From Pseudomonadota bacterium (GTDB taxonomy: Bacteria > Pseudomonadota > Gammaproteobacteria > Steroidobacterales > Steroidobacteraceae), in contig JAKBCG010000001.1 of assembly GCA_021808035.1 (NCBI GenBank), positions 1-47,722 of the forward strand: a stretch of DNA of 47,722 nt, given 5' to 3'. The position numbers and the translations under genes are program-made. The notes below the pieces were generated by a model that worked only from the letters and a program-made list of their open reading frames with translations, was not told where the DNA came from and did not search any database. Below are positions 1 to 11,233 of the stretch, in pieces. How positions within the stretch are numbered: position 1 is the first letter of the stretch; each line of letters starts with the position of its first letter.

Positions 1-1719
<1,719 letters not shown>

Positions 1720-1852
1720 GCGTCGCACCAGTGGTTCGCGTCGATTCGACCATCGAGACACCGAGCCAAATTCCAATAATTTCCTTGAATATCAACGGCT
1801 TGTATTGCAAAAGCACCTTCGCGAAGAGTTCCGGCGCCACGCAGGAGAGCCG

Positions 1853-2233
1853 ATGAGCGACCCGGGCACGAGCGATGACGGCACGTTCGAGCTATACGAC
1901 CTGAAGGTCGAGGTGGTTGCGCCGCCGGGCGCGAAGATCTATTGCGGTGCGCGCCCCGGCGATCACTTCGAGCTTCACGGCGAGATGTTGCGACTGCCTC
2001 CCGGCCAGGGATTCTCGATCTATTCACTGGCCACGTTGTTGCCGTTGCTGCCCGCGAAGCAACGGCCCCTCGACCCGCACGACTGGATGGCAACCGACAT
2101 GGAGGTCGCCTGTCCCGATCCGAATTGTCCGACGCGGTTCCGGATCACCCGGACTGGGTTGCGTCGTTTCCGACGCGCGGACGTGACGGCGGTGCGTGCG
2201 GCCGGCTGTCGCGACCCGGAAGCGCCGCGGTGA
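1853..2233 (+). CDS. small Cys-containing protein resembling the uncharacterised TIGR04076 family
   Basis: ATG at 1853 is preceded by GGAGAG (1844-1849). The 126-aa product has the core FELYDLKVEVV..YCGARPGDHFEL..GFSIYSLATLLPLLPAKQR..DWM..EVACPDPNCPTRFRITR. The family assignment is from memory of its pattern, not from a search. The upstream part of the 1652 ORF lies in the gyrB tail and intergenic region and is ignored. Confidence 0.6.
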   Translation: MSDPGTSDDGTFELYDLKVEVVAPPGAKIYCGARPGDHFELHGEMLRLPPGQGFSIYSLATLLPLLPAKQRPLDPHDWMATDMEVACPDPNCPTRFRITRTGLRRFRRADVTAVRAAGCRDPEAPR

Positions 2234-3294
2234 TCCCTCGCCATGTCTTCGCCGATGGCTATTCGATTTCGCGGATCATCAAGGGCGGCTGGCATCTGGC
2301 CGGCGGCCACGGGACGGTCGACCCTGCGCAAGCGGTCTCGGACATGGCCGCCTTCCTCGAGGCGGGCGTCACGACCTTCGACTGCGCCGACATCTACACC
2401 GGTGTCGAGGAGTTGATCGGCCGCTTCCGGCGCGAACACCCCGCACTCGCCCGGCGACTCCAGGTCCACACGAAATTCGTCCCCGATCTCCCGGATCTCG
2501 CGACGGTCGATGGCCGGTACGTCGAGCGCATCATCGACCGCTCGCTCGATCGGCTCGGCGTCGAGCGGCTCGATCTCGTGCAATTCCACTGGTGGGACTA
2601 CGCGGTCCCGCGCCACGTCGAGATCGCGACGCACCTCGATCGAATGCGTCGGGCGGGCAAGATCGCGCGGATCGGCGCGACGAACTTCGCCACGACGCAC
2701 CTCGCCGAGATCGTCGCCGCGGGCGTGCCGGTCGTCGCGCATCAGGTTCAATACTCGCTGCTCGACGATCGACCCGCCCGGCGCATGGTCGGGTTCTGCC
2801 GCGAGCACGGCATCGCGCTGCTGTGCTACGGCACGGTTGCCGGCGGCTTTCTCTCCGAGCGATGGCTGGGCGCGGCCGAGCCGCGCGGCGAGCTCGCGAA
2901 TCGGTCGCTGGTCAAGTATCGGTTGATCATCGAGGACTTCGGCGGTTGGCCGTTGTTCCAGGAGTTGCTCACGGTGCTGGCGCAAATCGCCGCCCGCCGG
3001 GACAGCGACATCGCGAGCGTCGCGACGCGCGCGATCCTCGACCGGGATCAGGTCGCCGCGGCGATCGTCGGTGCGACGGGCGTCGCCCACCTGCCGGCGC
3101 ACGAGCGCGCGGCGACACTGCGCCTCGCCGACTCGGACCGCGCGGCGATCGCCGCGATCACGGCCCGTCGGCGCGGCCCGGATGGGGACGTCTACGCGCT
3201 CGAGCGCGACCGCGACGGGCGCCATGGCCGGATCATGAAGTACGCGCTGAATGCCGCACCGGATGGCGGCTCGGTCGCTGGCGGAGGCCGTTAG
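2230..3294 (+). CDS. aldo/keto reductase family oxidoreductase
   Basis: The GTG start at 2230 overlaps the upstream TGA (GTGA, 2230-2233), and GGAAG lies 7 nt upstream. The translation VIPRHVFADGYSISRIIKGGWHLAGGHG..FDCADIYTGVEELIG..LDLVQFHWWD..IGATNF..VAHQVQYSLLD is typical AKR. The longer 1942 ORF start falls inside the previous gene and is rejected. Confidence 0.85.
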   Translation: MIPRHVFADGYSISRIIKGGWHLAGGHGTVDPAQAVSDMAAFLEAGVTTFDCADIYTGVEELIGRFRREHPALARRLQVHTKFVPDLPDLATVDGRYVERIIDRSLDRLGVERLDLVQFHWWDYAVPRHVEIATHLDRMRRAGKIARIGATNFATTHLAEIVAAGVPVVAHQVQYSLLDDRPARRMVGFCREHGIALLCYGTVAGGFLSERWLGAAEPRGELANRSLVKYRLIIEDFGGWPLFQELLTVLAQIAARRDSDIASVATRAILDRDQVAAAIVGATGVAHLPAHERAATLRLADSDRAAIAAITARRRGPDGDVYALERDRDGRHGRIMKYALNAAPDGGSVAGGGR

Positions 3295-3392
3295 CACCAC
3301 GGCCGCAAGGTGCGGATGCAGACGCGTCTCGCTTAGACCATAATCGGCCTGAAACCAAGGGGACGCAGCGTTCGTCCCGGGGAGAAGCAACG

Positions 3393-5717
3393 ATGATCGG
3401 GGATGCACGGGCCGCTCGGGCGGCTTCCTCCAGGCTTGCGCGGACGATCGCGGCCTTCGCCACGGCCGCGGTCGTGGCGTGGGCCGGCACCGCCGCGGCG
3501 CAGCCGGCGACCGGCGGCTCGGCTGCGGCCGACGCCCCGACCGGCGAACTCCGCCAGATCGTGGTCACCGCGGAGAAGCGTCGCTCGACGGTTCAGAAGA
3601 CCCCGATCAGCATCACGGCGATCAGCGGCGCCGACCTGCAGGCTGCTGGGCTGACGAGCATGCTCGCCGTCGCCCAGCAGGTGCCCGGATTGTCCTTCAA
3701 GACCGCGGGACCGGGTCAGACCGAGTTCGAAATGCGCGGACTTACGTCGACCGGGGGCGAGTCGCCGACGGTCGGGTTCTACCTGGATGAAACCGCGCTG
3801 ACGCCGCCGGCGATGGCGCAAAACGGCAAGGTCGTGGTCGATCCGGATCTCTACGACCTGAATCGGATCGAAGTGCTGCGCGGACCGCAGGGTACCCTCT
3901 ATGGCGCCGGATCGATGGGCGGTACGGTGAAGCTCGTGACCAACGCGCCGGATCCGGGTCGGTTCGCGGCCAGTGCGGAGCTGATCGGCTCCGGTACCGA
4001 CGGCGGCGGCTTCAACCACACGCTCAACGGCATGCTCAACCTGCCGCTGTGGTCGCGCGCCGCACTGCGTCTCGTCGCCACCGACAAGCACGTCTCCGGT
4101 TGGATCGACCGCGACGTGCTGAACCCGTTCCCGCTGGAGGTCGACAACAGCACGCAGCGCGGCGACGTACGCGCCGCGCCCATCGTGCAGCAGATCAAGC
4201 ATTCGAACTGGGAGGATTTGAAGGGCGGCCGGGCGACGCTGCTGGTGAGGCCGACCGACCGCTTCAGCGTGAAGGCCGGCGTGTTCTATCAGAGCATCCA
4301 CCAGGGTGGCCCGAACACGATCGACGTGCCGCCGGGCGACGAGGTGCACTATCAGCCGTTCAACGTGGCCGAGCCGTTCCAGGACGTGTTCAACCTGGCG
4401 ACGCTCGATCTGAAATACGACTTCGACGGCTTCCAGGTGATCTCGGCGACCTCGAGCTGGACTCGCCGCCAGGTTCAGACCCAGGACATCTCCGAGGCGA
4501 TGCAATTCTACATCGGCGGCTTCCTGGGCCCGCCGGCAAACTTCCCGTTCTCGACGGCCGCCGGCGGCCTGGGCGCGGGCTCGATTTCCGAGGACGACTA
4601 CTCTCGACAGGTGAGCGAGGAGCTGCGTGTCGCGTCGACCGGGCACGGGCCGTTCCAGTGGTTGATCGGGGGCTACTACGCGGGCTTCCGCGCGACCTCG
4701 CACGTCTACTCGTACTACGACGGCTTCACCGCGCTGTTCGGCACCAACAATCTCGCGGACAATCACCGTGCGCTCGGCGTCGACCAGTACGCGTTGTTCG
4801 GCGAGGCCTCATATCGACTGCCCGACCATCTGAAGGCGACACTGGGGGCACGCTACTTCACCTATCACAGCGGTTCCGCGACCAGCGTCAGCGGGATCTC
4901 TGCGAACGGGACGAGCGCGACGCTCCACGGCCTCGCCGCGAACTCCGGCGTCACGCCGAAGATCAACCTCGCGTACATCCCGAACGGCGACCTGACGGTG
5001 TACGCGAACATCGCAAAGGGATTCCGGCCCGGCGGGCCGAATTCGCCGATCCCGCCGCCGTGCTCGCCGGCGCCGACCCAGTTCGGCCCGGACAGCGTCT
5101 GGAGCTATGAACTCGGCGAGAAGGCGCGACTGTTCGATCGGCGCGCCTCGCTGAACGGCGACGTCTACTACGAGCTGTGGAACGACGTGCAACAGGAGGT
5201 CGCGCCGGGCTGCGGCTACAAGTTCACGACCAACGCCGGCAAGGCGAAGGCCTACGGCGCCGAGGTCGAGGCCGAGGTCGAGCTGACCGGGGGATGGCTG
5301 GTCTCGCAGAACTTCGGCTACACGCATGCGACCAACTCGACCACGGTGCCGGCGGCCGGTGTCGTCGCCGGCGACCGACTGCTCGACGTTCCGCAGTGGA
5401 CCGCTAATACGAGCCTCGCGTACCGCCGGCCGCTGCGCGATGCGCTCGCGTTCGTCGCGCGGGCGACCAACAGTTACTACGGCTCGGTCCAGGACATCAC
5501 CTTCACGCGCAACACGCTGCCGTCGTACGATCTGGTCGGCGCTCGCGCCGGCGTCGAGAGCGATGGGTGGACCGCGACCGTGTTCGTCGACAACCTCACG
5601 AACAAGAAGGCGTACCTGTCCGACACCGGTGCGCTGTCCGCGAACATCTCGATCCTGAACCGGGTCGCGACGAACCAGCCCCGCACCTATGGGCTCGATC
5701 TGTCCGTGAAGTTCTGA
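3393..5717 (+). CDS. TonB-dependent outer-membrane receptor
   Basis: ATG at 3393 follows the SD GGGGAG (3379-3384). A signal peptide ends in AGTAAAQP. The plug region reads LRQIVVTAEKRRSTVQKTPISITAISGADL..VLRGPQGTLYGAGSMGGTVKL. The beta-barrel has SVWSYELGEKA and ends with the terminal ...GLDLSVKF. The 1173-aa ORF from 2196 is an artefactual N-terminal extension. Confidence 0.93.
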   Translation: MIGDARAARAASSRLARTIAAFATAAVVAWAGTAAAQPATGGSAAADAPTGELRQIVVTAEKRRSTVQKTPISITAISGADLQAAGLTSMLAVAQQVPGLSFKTAGPGQTEFEMRGLTSTGGESPTVGFYLDETALTPPAMAQNGKVVVDPDLYDLNRIEVLRGPQGTLYGAGSMGGTVKLVTNAPDPGRFAASAELIGSGTDGGGFNHTLNGMLNLPLWSRAALRLVATDKHVSGWIDRDVLNPFPLEVDNSTQRGDVRAAPIVQQIKHSNWEDLKGGRATLLVRPTDRFSVKAGVFYQSIHQGGPNTIDVPPGDEVHYQPFNVAEPFQDVFNLATLDLKYDFDGFQVISATSSWTRRQVQTQDISEAMQFYIGGFLGPPANFPFSTAAGGLGAGSISEDDYSRQVSEELRVASTGHGPFQWLIGGYYAGFRATSHVYSYYDGFTALFGTNNLADNHRALGVDQYALFGEASYRLPDHLKATLGARYFTYHSGSATSVSGISANGTSATLHGLAANSGVTPKINLAYIPNGDLTVYANIAKGFRPGGPNSPIPPPCSPAPTQFGPDSVWSYELGEKARLFDRRASLNGDVYYELWNDVQQEVAPGCGYKFTTNAGKAKAYGAEVEAEVELTGGWLVSQNFGYTHATNSTTVPAAGVVAGDRLLDVPQWTANTSLAYRRPLRDALAFVARATNSYYGSVQDITFTRNTLPSYDLVGARAGVESDGWTATVFVDNLTNKKAYLSDTGALSANISILNRVATNQPRTYGLDLSVKF

Positions 5718-5727
5718 TGCACAGGGC

Positions 5728-7041
5728 GTGGTCGAAGCGGTAGCAGACGGCGGCGACGGCGGCTATCCACCGCGTGCTTACGCGTGGACGGTCGTCGCGA
5801 TCCTGATCGGTACGGCGATCGTTTCCTACACCGACCGGCAGGTGCTGAGTCTGCTGGTCGATCCGATCCGACGCGATCTGGCGATCGGCGACACGCGGAT
5901 GAGCCTGCTGCTCGGCACCGCGTTCGCGATCGTCTACGGGGTCGCGGGACTTCCGCTCGGCTGGCTGGCCGACCGGGTCTCGAGACGTAACTTGATCGTC
6001 GCCGGTGTCGCCGTCTGGAGCCTCGGCACCATCGCCTGCGGGCTGTCCCGTGACTTCGACGAGTTGTTCGCCAGCCGCGTCGTCGTCGGACTCGGCGAGG
6101 CGGTGCTGTCGCCGGCCGCGATTTCGCTGATCAGCGACATCTTTCCGCCGTCGCGGCGCGGGACGGCGGTCGGTGCGTTTCTCAGCGGGATCGCGATCGG
6201 GATCGGCGCCTCTATCCTGATCGGCGGCGGCGTGCTCCGGGCGGTCGAGGCCGGCGTGTTCGCGGGGACGCCGCTCGCGCCGCTAGCGGCCTGGCGGCTC
6301 GTGCTGATCCTGATCGGCGTGCCCGGACTCCTCTGGACGGCCGCGATCTTCGCGATCCGCGAGCCCGTGCGGCGTGGCGCGGCCGCCGTCATCGGGGGGA
6401 CGCGCGAGTCGGGCCTCGGCGCCACGGCCGGCCGCGGCCTGCTACGCGTCGCGCCGATCTACGTCGTGGTGGCTGCCGCCTCGTTGGTCGACAACGCGGT
6501 CGGCGCCTGGGCGCCGACGCTGCTGATCCGCGAGTTCCACCGCGACGCGGCCGAGGTCGGCCTGCAGCTCGGCCTGTTCCTGACGATCGCATTCGGTGTC
6601 GGCGTGCTGCTCGGCGGCTGGCTCGCGGACCGCGTCGCAGCGCGCGGCGGCACCGCGCACAAGCTCGGCGTCTGCATGCTCGCCGGCACTGCGATCCTGC
6701 CGATCGGCGGGCTGATGGTCTCGCCGCGGTTCTCGGTCGTGATGGCTGCCGTGCCGGCGTATTTCGCGCTGTCCGGCATCGTGACCGCTGCCGGATTTTC
6801 GGCGATTCTCGACCTCGTCCCGCAGCGATCGCGGGGCCTCGCGATGGCGATCAGCTTCTTCCTGAACGTCGCGATCGGCGCGGGGCTCGGGCCGACCGCC
6901 GTCGCGATGGCCGCGGCCCGCGTCGCCGGCGCGGCGTCGGGTCTCGCGGTCGGGCTGTCGCTGACCGCCGCCGGCGGCTATGGCCTCGCGATCGCGTCGG
7001 CGGCCGTCGGCTGGGTGCTCGTGCCGCGCCGCGCTCAGTAG
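5728..7041 (+). CDS. MFS transporter (spinster-like subfamily)
   Basis: GTG starts 10 nt after the TBDR stop. The protein has about 12 predicted hydrophobic helices and the motifs YTDRQVLSLLVDPIRRDL, GLPLGWLADRVSRRNLI and VVVGLGEAVLSPAAISLISDIF. The exact start is uncertain because the SD is weak. Confidence 0.85.
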   Translation: MVEAVADGGDGGYPPRAYAWTVVAILIGTAIVSYTDRQVLSLLVDPIRRDLAIGDTRMSLLLGTAFAIVYGVAGLPLGWLADRVSRRNLIVAGVAVWSLGTIACGLSRDFDELFASRVVVGLGEAVLSPAAISLISDIFPPSRRGTAVGAFLSGIAIGIGASILIGGGVLRAVEAGVFAGTPLAPLAAWRLVLILIGVPGLLWTAAIFAIREPVRRGAAAVIGGTRESGLGATAGRGLLRVAPIYVVVAAASLVDNAVGAWAPTLLIREFHRDAAEVGLQLGLFLTIAFGVGVLLGGWLADRVAARGGTAHKLGVCMLAGTAILPIGGLMVSPRFSVVMAAVPAYFALSGIVTAAGFSAILDLVPQRSRGLAMAISFFLNVAIGAGLGPTAVAMAAARVAGAASGLAVGLSLTAAGGYGLAIASAAVGWVLVPRRAQ

Positions 7042-7463
7042 ATCCCGGGGATCAAGCGCTTCGTGCGCCGTCGATACGCGGCGTATTCCGTGCCGAACGC
7101 GGCGGCGAGCGCCGCTTCCTCTTCGCGGATGCGGAACAGGTACGGCAAGGGCATCAGCAGCACGAGCAGCGCGAAACTGCGCCAGTCGCCGAGCGCGGCG
7201 ATCGAGCGGAATCGTAGCGCGATCCCGCTCGCCATCACGCAGAGGCCCACCCACGGCAGCCAGGAGGGTCGCACCGGCGCGGCCGACGCGAACGCCGACT
7301 GGATCGCGACGATACAGACGATCGGGCTGAGCAGCATCAGCACCCCGAGCGAGCGGCGGTCGCGATTCTCCGAAGCCCCGGTCTTCCACCGAAACACGAT
7401 GGCCGCATCGATCAGAACCCAAACGACGAAGGCTCCGATCGCAAGATGCCGCGGACTCAGCAT
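7035..7463 (-). CDS. short membrane protein of the isoprenylcysteine carboxyl methyltransferase (ICMT/PEMT-like) family, apparently lacking the central catalytic motif
   Basis: 142 aa. The C-terminal signature is RIREEEAALAAAFGTEYAAYRRRTKRLIPGIY, and N-terminal family features DRRSLG...GIALRFRSIAALGDW are present. I do not see the expected ..GPY..RHPxY.. segment. It overlaps the MFS 3' end by 7 nt (convergent). Confidence 0.55.
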   Translation of the reverse strand: MLSPRHLAIGAFVVWVLIDAAIVFRWKTGASENRDRRSLGVLMLLSPIVCIVAIQSAFASAAPVRPSWLPWVGLCVMASGIALRFRSIAALGDWRSFALLVLLMPLPYLFRIREEEAALAAAFGTEYAAYRRRTKRLIPGIY

Positions 7464-7503
7464 GGCTCGCCCCCTTCAGTCGCGATGGTCTGTTGATCTG
7501 CCG

Positions 7504-8223
7504 CTAATTTCGTTTTATCGCCTCGATCTTCGCCAATTGTGATTCGATCGAAACCTTGACCTCCTCGGTCAGCGCGCGCGGGTCTTTGCCGGTCGGATCG
7601 ATCGACGGCCCGATACTCACCCGAATCAGTCCCGGTCGTTTCAATAGACCGCGGCGGGGCCAGAACTCGCCGGCATCATGCGCGATCGGGACGATCCGGT
7701 GTCCGGACGCGATCGCGAGCATCGCGCCGCTCACCCCATATTTGCGTTGTTGTCCGGGCATCACGCGGGTGCCTTCCGGGAAGATCACGATCCACAGCCC
7801 GTCGCGAAGCCGCGCTTGGCCTTGCTCGACGACCTGGCTCACGGCGCGATGTCCCGCGCCCCGATCGATCGCGATCGGCTTCAGGAGCCTCAGGCCCCAG
7901 CCCACGAACGGGATCCACAGGAGTTCGCGCTTCAGCACCCAGACCTGGGTCGGCAGCAGCACGAAGAACGCGACCGTCTCCCAGGCCGAGGTGTGATTGC
8001 TCATCGCGATATGGTTTCCCGGCGGCAGGTGCTCCGCGCCCTCGACGACGTAGCGCAGCCCGCACAGCATCGCGAGCATCCACAGCACCCCGCGAGCCCA
8101 GGTCCGCGCGAGTGCGAACTGCGCCCGGTGCGGCAGGAAGAACAGCAGCGCCATCACGAGCCCGAAGACGCAGGCCGACAGCATCAGGTAGGCGGTGAAC
8201 AACAGCGAGCGAAGATTCTGCAT
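7504..8223 (-). CDS. plsC: 1-acyl-sn-glycerol-3-phosphate acyltransferase (lysophospholipid acyltransferase)
   Basis: 239 aa with an N-terminal TM helix. It has the acyltransferase motif block SNHTSAWETVAFF (HX4-acidic), the FPEGTR motif (IVIFPEGTR) and IVPIAHDAG. Confidence 0.88.
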   Translation of the reverse strand: MQNLRSLLFTAYLMLSACVFGLVMALLFFLPHRAQFALARTWARGVLWMLAMLCGLRYVVEGAEHLPPGNHIAMSNHTSAWETVAFFVLLPTQVWVLKRELLWIPFVGWGLRLLKPIAIDRGAGHRAVSQVVEQGQARLRDGLWIVIFPEGTRVMPGQQRKYGVSGAMLAIASGHRIVPIAHDAGEFWPRRGLLKRPGLIRVSIGPSIDPTGKDPRALTEEVKVSIESQLAKIEAIKRN

Positions 8224-8237
8224 CCGATGCGCCGCGC

Positions 8238-10307
8238 TCAGCCGGGCAATCGCGACAGGTCCGCGACGCCGCCGAGCAATGCCCGCACGTCGCGCAGCAG
8301 CGCGAGCCGATTCTCGCGTCGCGCCGTGTCCGGGTCCATCACGAGCACCGCGTCGAAGAATGCGTCCACGTCGGTGCGCAGCGCGCGGGCCGCGCCGAGC
8401 GCGTCCGCATAGCGCCGCGAGGCGAGCGCACGCTCCACTTGCGGCGCGACCTCGAGGTAACGTGCATGCAGACGCCGTTCCGCGGGCTCGGCGAACACCA
8501 TGGGGTCCACCGGCCGGCCCGAGGCGACCGGCGCCTTGCGCAGTATGTTGCCGATCCGCTTGTTCGCGGCCGCGAGCACTGCGCCGTCGGCGCTCGACAG
8601 GAATTCCTGCAGCGCCATCAACCGGGCTTCGGCGTCGAGCGGGGACCGCGGCGCCACCGCGAGCACGGCTTCGATCGCATCACCGGTCGCCGCCGTCACG
8701 CGCTCCGCCAGCACCCCGCGCAGCCGATCGGCGATGAACGCGAGCAGTTCCGTGATCGTGCCGGCGCGGGTCACCGGCTGCGCCGCGACGGCGCGCTCGA
8801 GGAGCGCGCTGAGATCGAGGTCGAGCGGCGTCTCGAGCAATATCCGCAGCACGCCGAGCGCCGCGCGCCGCAGACCGAACGGGTCCTTCGCGCCGGTCGG
8901 CTTCTCGCCGATCGCGAAGATCCCCGCGAGGGTGTCGATCTTGTCGGCGAGCGCGAGCGCGCGTCCCGCGCGGGTGCGCGGCAACGCGTCCCCGGCGAAG
9001 CGCGGACGGTACTGCTCCTCGATCGCGTCGGCGACCGCCGGCGCCTCGCCGGCTTCGAGCGCGTAGTAGCGGCCCATCGTGCCCTGCAGTTCTGGAAACT
9101 CTCCGACCATCGCGGTGACCAGGTCGGCCTTCGCGAGCGCCGCGGCGCGTTCCACCGTGTCACCGCCGCCGCCGGTCGCGCGCTCGATCTCGAGCGCGAG
9201 CGCCCGCACCCGCGCGGTCTTGTCCGCGTAGCTGCCGAGTTTGCCCTGGAAGGTCACCTCACCGAGCTGCGCCGCGCAGTCGGCGAGGCCGCGCTTGCGA
9301 TCCTGATTCCAGAAGAACTCCGCATCGGCGAGACGCGGGCGTACGACCCGCTCGTTGCCTTCGCGCACCTGGTCCGGATCGCGGCTGACCAGATTCGCGA
9401 TCGTGACGAAGTGCGCGCTCAGCGCCCCTTCAGCCGTCTCGACCGGAAAATAGCGCTGATGATCCTGGATCGTCGCGACGATCACCTCGCGCGGCAGGCG
9501 GCGGTAGCGCGCATCGAATCGGCCGATGACGGCGACCGGCCACTCGACGAGCGCGGTCACCTCGTCGAGCAACGCCGGATCGATCAACGCCCGCCCGCCG
9601 GCGCCCAGCGCCGCGGTCGCCACTTCATCGCGGATGCGCTGCCGACGCTCGGTGAAGTCGGCGAGGACCTTCGCGCGGCGCAGCGCGCCGGGGTAGCTGC
9701 GGGGCGTGCGCACGCGGATCGACCGCGGCGCGTGGAACCGGTGGCCTTGCGTGTCGCGCCCGGCGATCAAGCCGAGGATCGCGCAGGGCACGACCTCGTC
9801 GCCGAACAACATCAGGACCCGATGAACCGGGCGCACGAACTCGACCGCGCCCGCGCCCCAGCGCATCCGTCGCGGCGCCGGCAGTGCCGAGACCGCTCGC
9901 TCGGCGATCGCGCCGAGCCGGTCGACCGTTGCGGCTCCCGGATCGACGCCGCGGTAGCCGAGCCAGGACCCCTTGTCGTTCGTGATCTCGCTCAAATCCT
10001 CGACCGCGACTCCGCAGCTGCGCGCGAACGCGAGCGCCGCCTGCGTGGGCTGGCCGTCCGCGGTGTACGCGGTGCTGCGCGGCGGTCCGCGGCGCTCGAT
10101 CGCGCGGTCCGGCTGCCGCTCGGCACAGCGCTCGACCAGGACCGCGAGCCGCCGCGGGGTTGCGAATCGACGGATCCGGCCGTGGCCGATCGCGGCCGAA
10201 TCGAGACCGGCCGCGAAGCCTTCCGCGAGCGCGATCGACAGGGCCTCGAGGCTGCGCGGCGGCAGTTCCTCGGTGAGCAACTCGAACAGCAGGTCCCGGG
10301 CGGCCAT
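8238..10307 (-). CDS. glyS: glycine--tRNA ligase beta subunit
   Basis: The N-terminus [20 protein letters not shown] is typical GlyS. The product is 689 aa. The ATG (10307-10305) overlaps the glyQ stop TGA (10309-10307), an ATGA junction. The 11 extra codons of the ORF-track start lie inside glyQ and are rejected. Confidence 0.95.
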   Translation of the reverse strand: MAARDLLFELLTEELPPRSLEALSIALAEGFAAGLDSAAIGHGRIRRFATPRRLAVLVERCAERQPDRAIERRGPPRSTAYTADGQPTQAALAFARSCGVAVEDLSEITNDKGSWLGYRGVDPGAATVDRLGAIAERAVSALPAPRRMRWGAGAVEFVRPVHRVLMLFGDEVVPCAILGLIAGRDTQGHRFHAPRSIRVRTPRSYPGALRRAKVLADFTERRQRIRDEVATAALGAGGRALIDPALLDEVTALVEWPVAVIGRFDARYRRLPREVIVATIQDHQRYFPVETAEGALSAHFVTIANLVSRDPDQVREGNERVVRPRLADAEFFWNQDRKRGLADCAAQLGEVTFQGKLGSYADKTARVRALALEIERATGGGGDTVERAAALAKADLVTAMVGEFPELQGTMGRYYALEAGEAPAVADAIEEQYRPRFAGDALPRTRAGRALALADKIDTLAGIFAIGEKPTGAKDPFGLRRAALGVLRILLETPLDLDLSALLERAVAAQPVTRAGTITELLAFIADRLRGVLAERVTAATGDAIEAVLAVAPRSPLDAEARLMALQEFLSSADGAVLAAANKRIGNILRKAPVASGRPVDPMVFAEPAERRLHARYLEVAPQVERALASRRYADALGAARALRTDVDAFFDAVLVMDPDTARRENRLALLRDVRALLGGVADLSRLPG

Positions 10308-11233
10308 CACGCCACCCGTCCGGCGACGTTGCCCTGACACAGCGGGAAGCCGAGCGCCTCACGAGCGTCGCGATAGCCTTCCGCGACTGCGCGTGCGAGC
10401 GCGCGAACCCGCAGGATGTACCGCTGGCGCTCCGTGACCGAGACCGCGCGACGGGCGTCGAGCAAATTGAAAGTGTGCGAGGCCTCGAGCATCCGCTCGT
10501 ACGCTGGCAGCACCAGCCGGTCGGCGATCAGCCGGCCGCAAGCCGCTTCCGCCGCATCGAACGCGTGCCGCAGTTCGGCGACGTCGGCCTTCTCGAAGTT
10601 GTATGCCGATTGTTCGACTTCGTTCTGGTGGAACACGTCGCCGTAGGTCACCCGGCGGCCGGGACCGTCGGTCCAGACGATGTCGAAGATGCTCTCGGTG
10701 CCTTGGATGTACATCGCGAGACGTTCAAGGCCATAGGCGATCTCACCCATCACCGGTCGGCAATCGATCCCGCCCACCTGCTGGAAGTACGTGAACTGGG
10801 TGATCTCCATGCCGTTCAGCCAGACCTCCCAACCGAGCCCCCAGGCGCCGAGCGTCGGCGACTCCCAGTTGTCCTCGACGAACCGGATGTCATGGGTCAG
10901 CAGGTCGAAGCCGAGTGCCCGGAGCGACCCGAGATAGAGCGCCTGGAAATCAGCCGGCGAAGGCTTCATCACGACCTGGAACTGATAGTAGTGCTGCAAA
11001 CGGAAAGGATTGTCCCCGTAGCGCCCGTCGGTCGGCCGGCGCGAGGCCTGCACGTATGCGGCGTTCCAGGGTTCCGGTCCGACGGCCCGCAGGAAGGTCG
11101 CAGGCGCGAAAGTCCCGGCGCCCACTTCCATATCGTAGGGCTGCATCACGACGCAACCCTGCGCCGACCAATAGCGTTGCAGCGCGAAGATCAAGTCCTG
11201 AAACGTTCGTGGGGGCGCGGCAGCTTTCGGCAT
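10307..11233 (-). CDS. glyQ: glycine--tRNA ligase alpha subunit
   Basis: 308 aa from ATG at 11233 (cat at 11231-11233). The sequence is highly conserved: [92 protein letters not shown]. The remainder of the 872-aa ORF (11234-12925) is antisense to glnA. Confidence 0.97.
   Translation of the reverse strand: MPKAAAPPRTFQDLIFALQRYWSAQGCVVMQPYDMEVGAGTFAPATFLRAVGPEPWNAAYVQASRRPTDGRYGDNPFRLQHYYQFQVVMKPSPADFQALYLGSLRALGFDLLTHDIRFVEDNWESPTLGAWGLGWEVWLNGMEITQFTYFQQVGGIDCRPVMGEIAYGLERLAMYIQGTESIFDIVWTDGPGRRVTYGDVFHQNEVEQSAYNFEKADVAELRHAFDAAEAACGRLIADRLVLPAYERMLEASHTFNLLDARRAVSVTERQRYILRVRALARAVAEGYRDAREALGFPLCQGNVAGRVA

Noticed and set aside
2196-3392. N-terminal about 400 aa of the 1173-aa plus-strand ORF 2196..5717, and the 462-aa and 477-aa minus-strand ORFs at 2020-4766
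   Set aside because: These lie out of frame with or antisense to the AKR and TBDR genes. The TBDR has its own SD, ATG (3393) and signal peptide, and the extension is Arg/Pro-rich junk.
8439-10337. 632-aa ORF on the plus strand, plus several shorter ones at 8195-10437
   Set aside because: It lies entirely antisense to the securely identified glyS. The translation is Arg/Ala/Pro/Gly-rich with no recognisable motif. This is the classic stop-codon-poor antisense frame of a roughly 70% GC gene.
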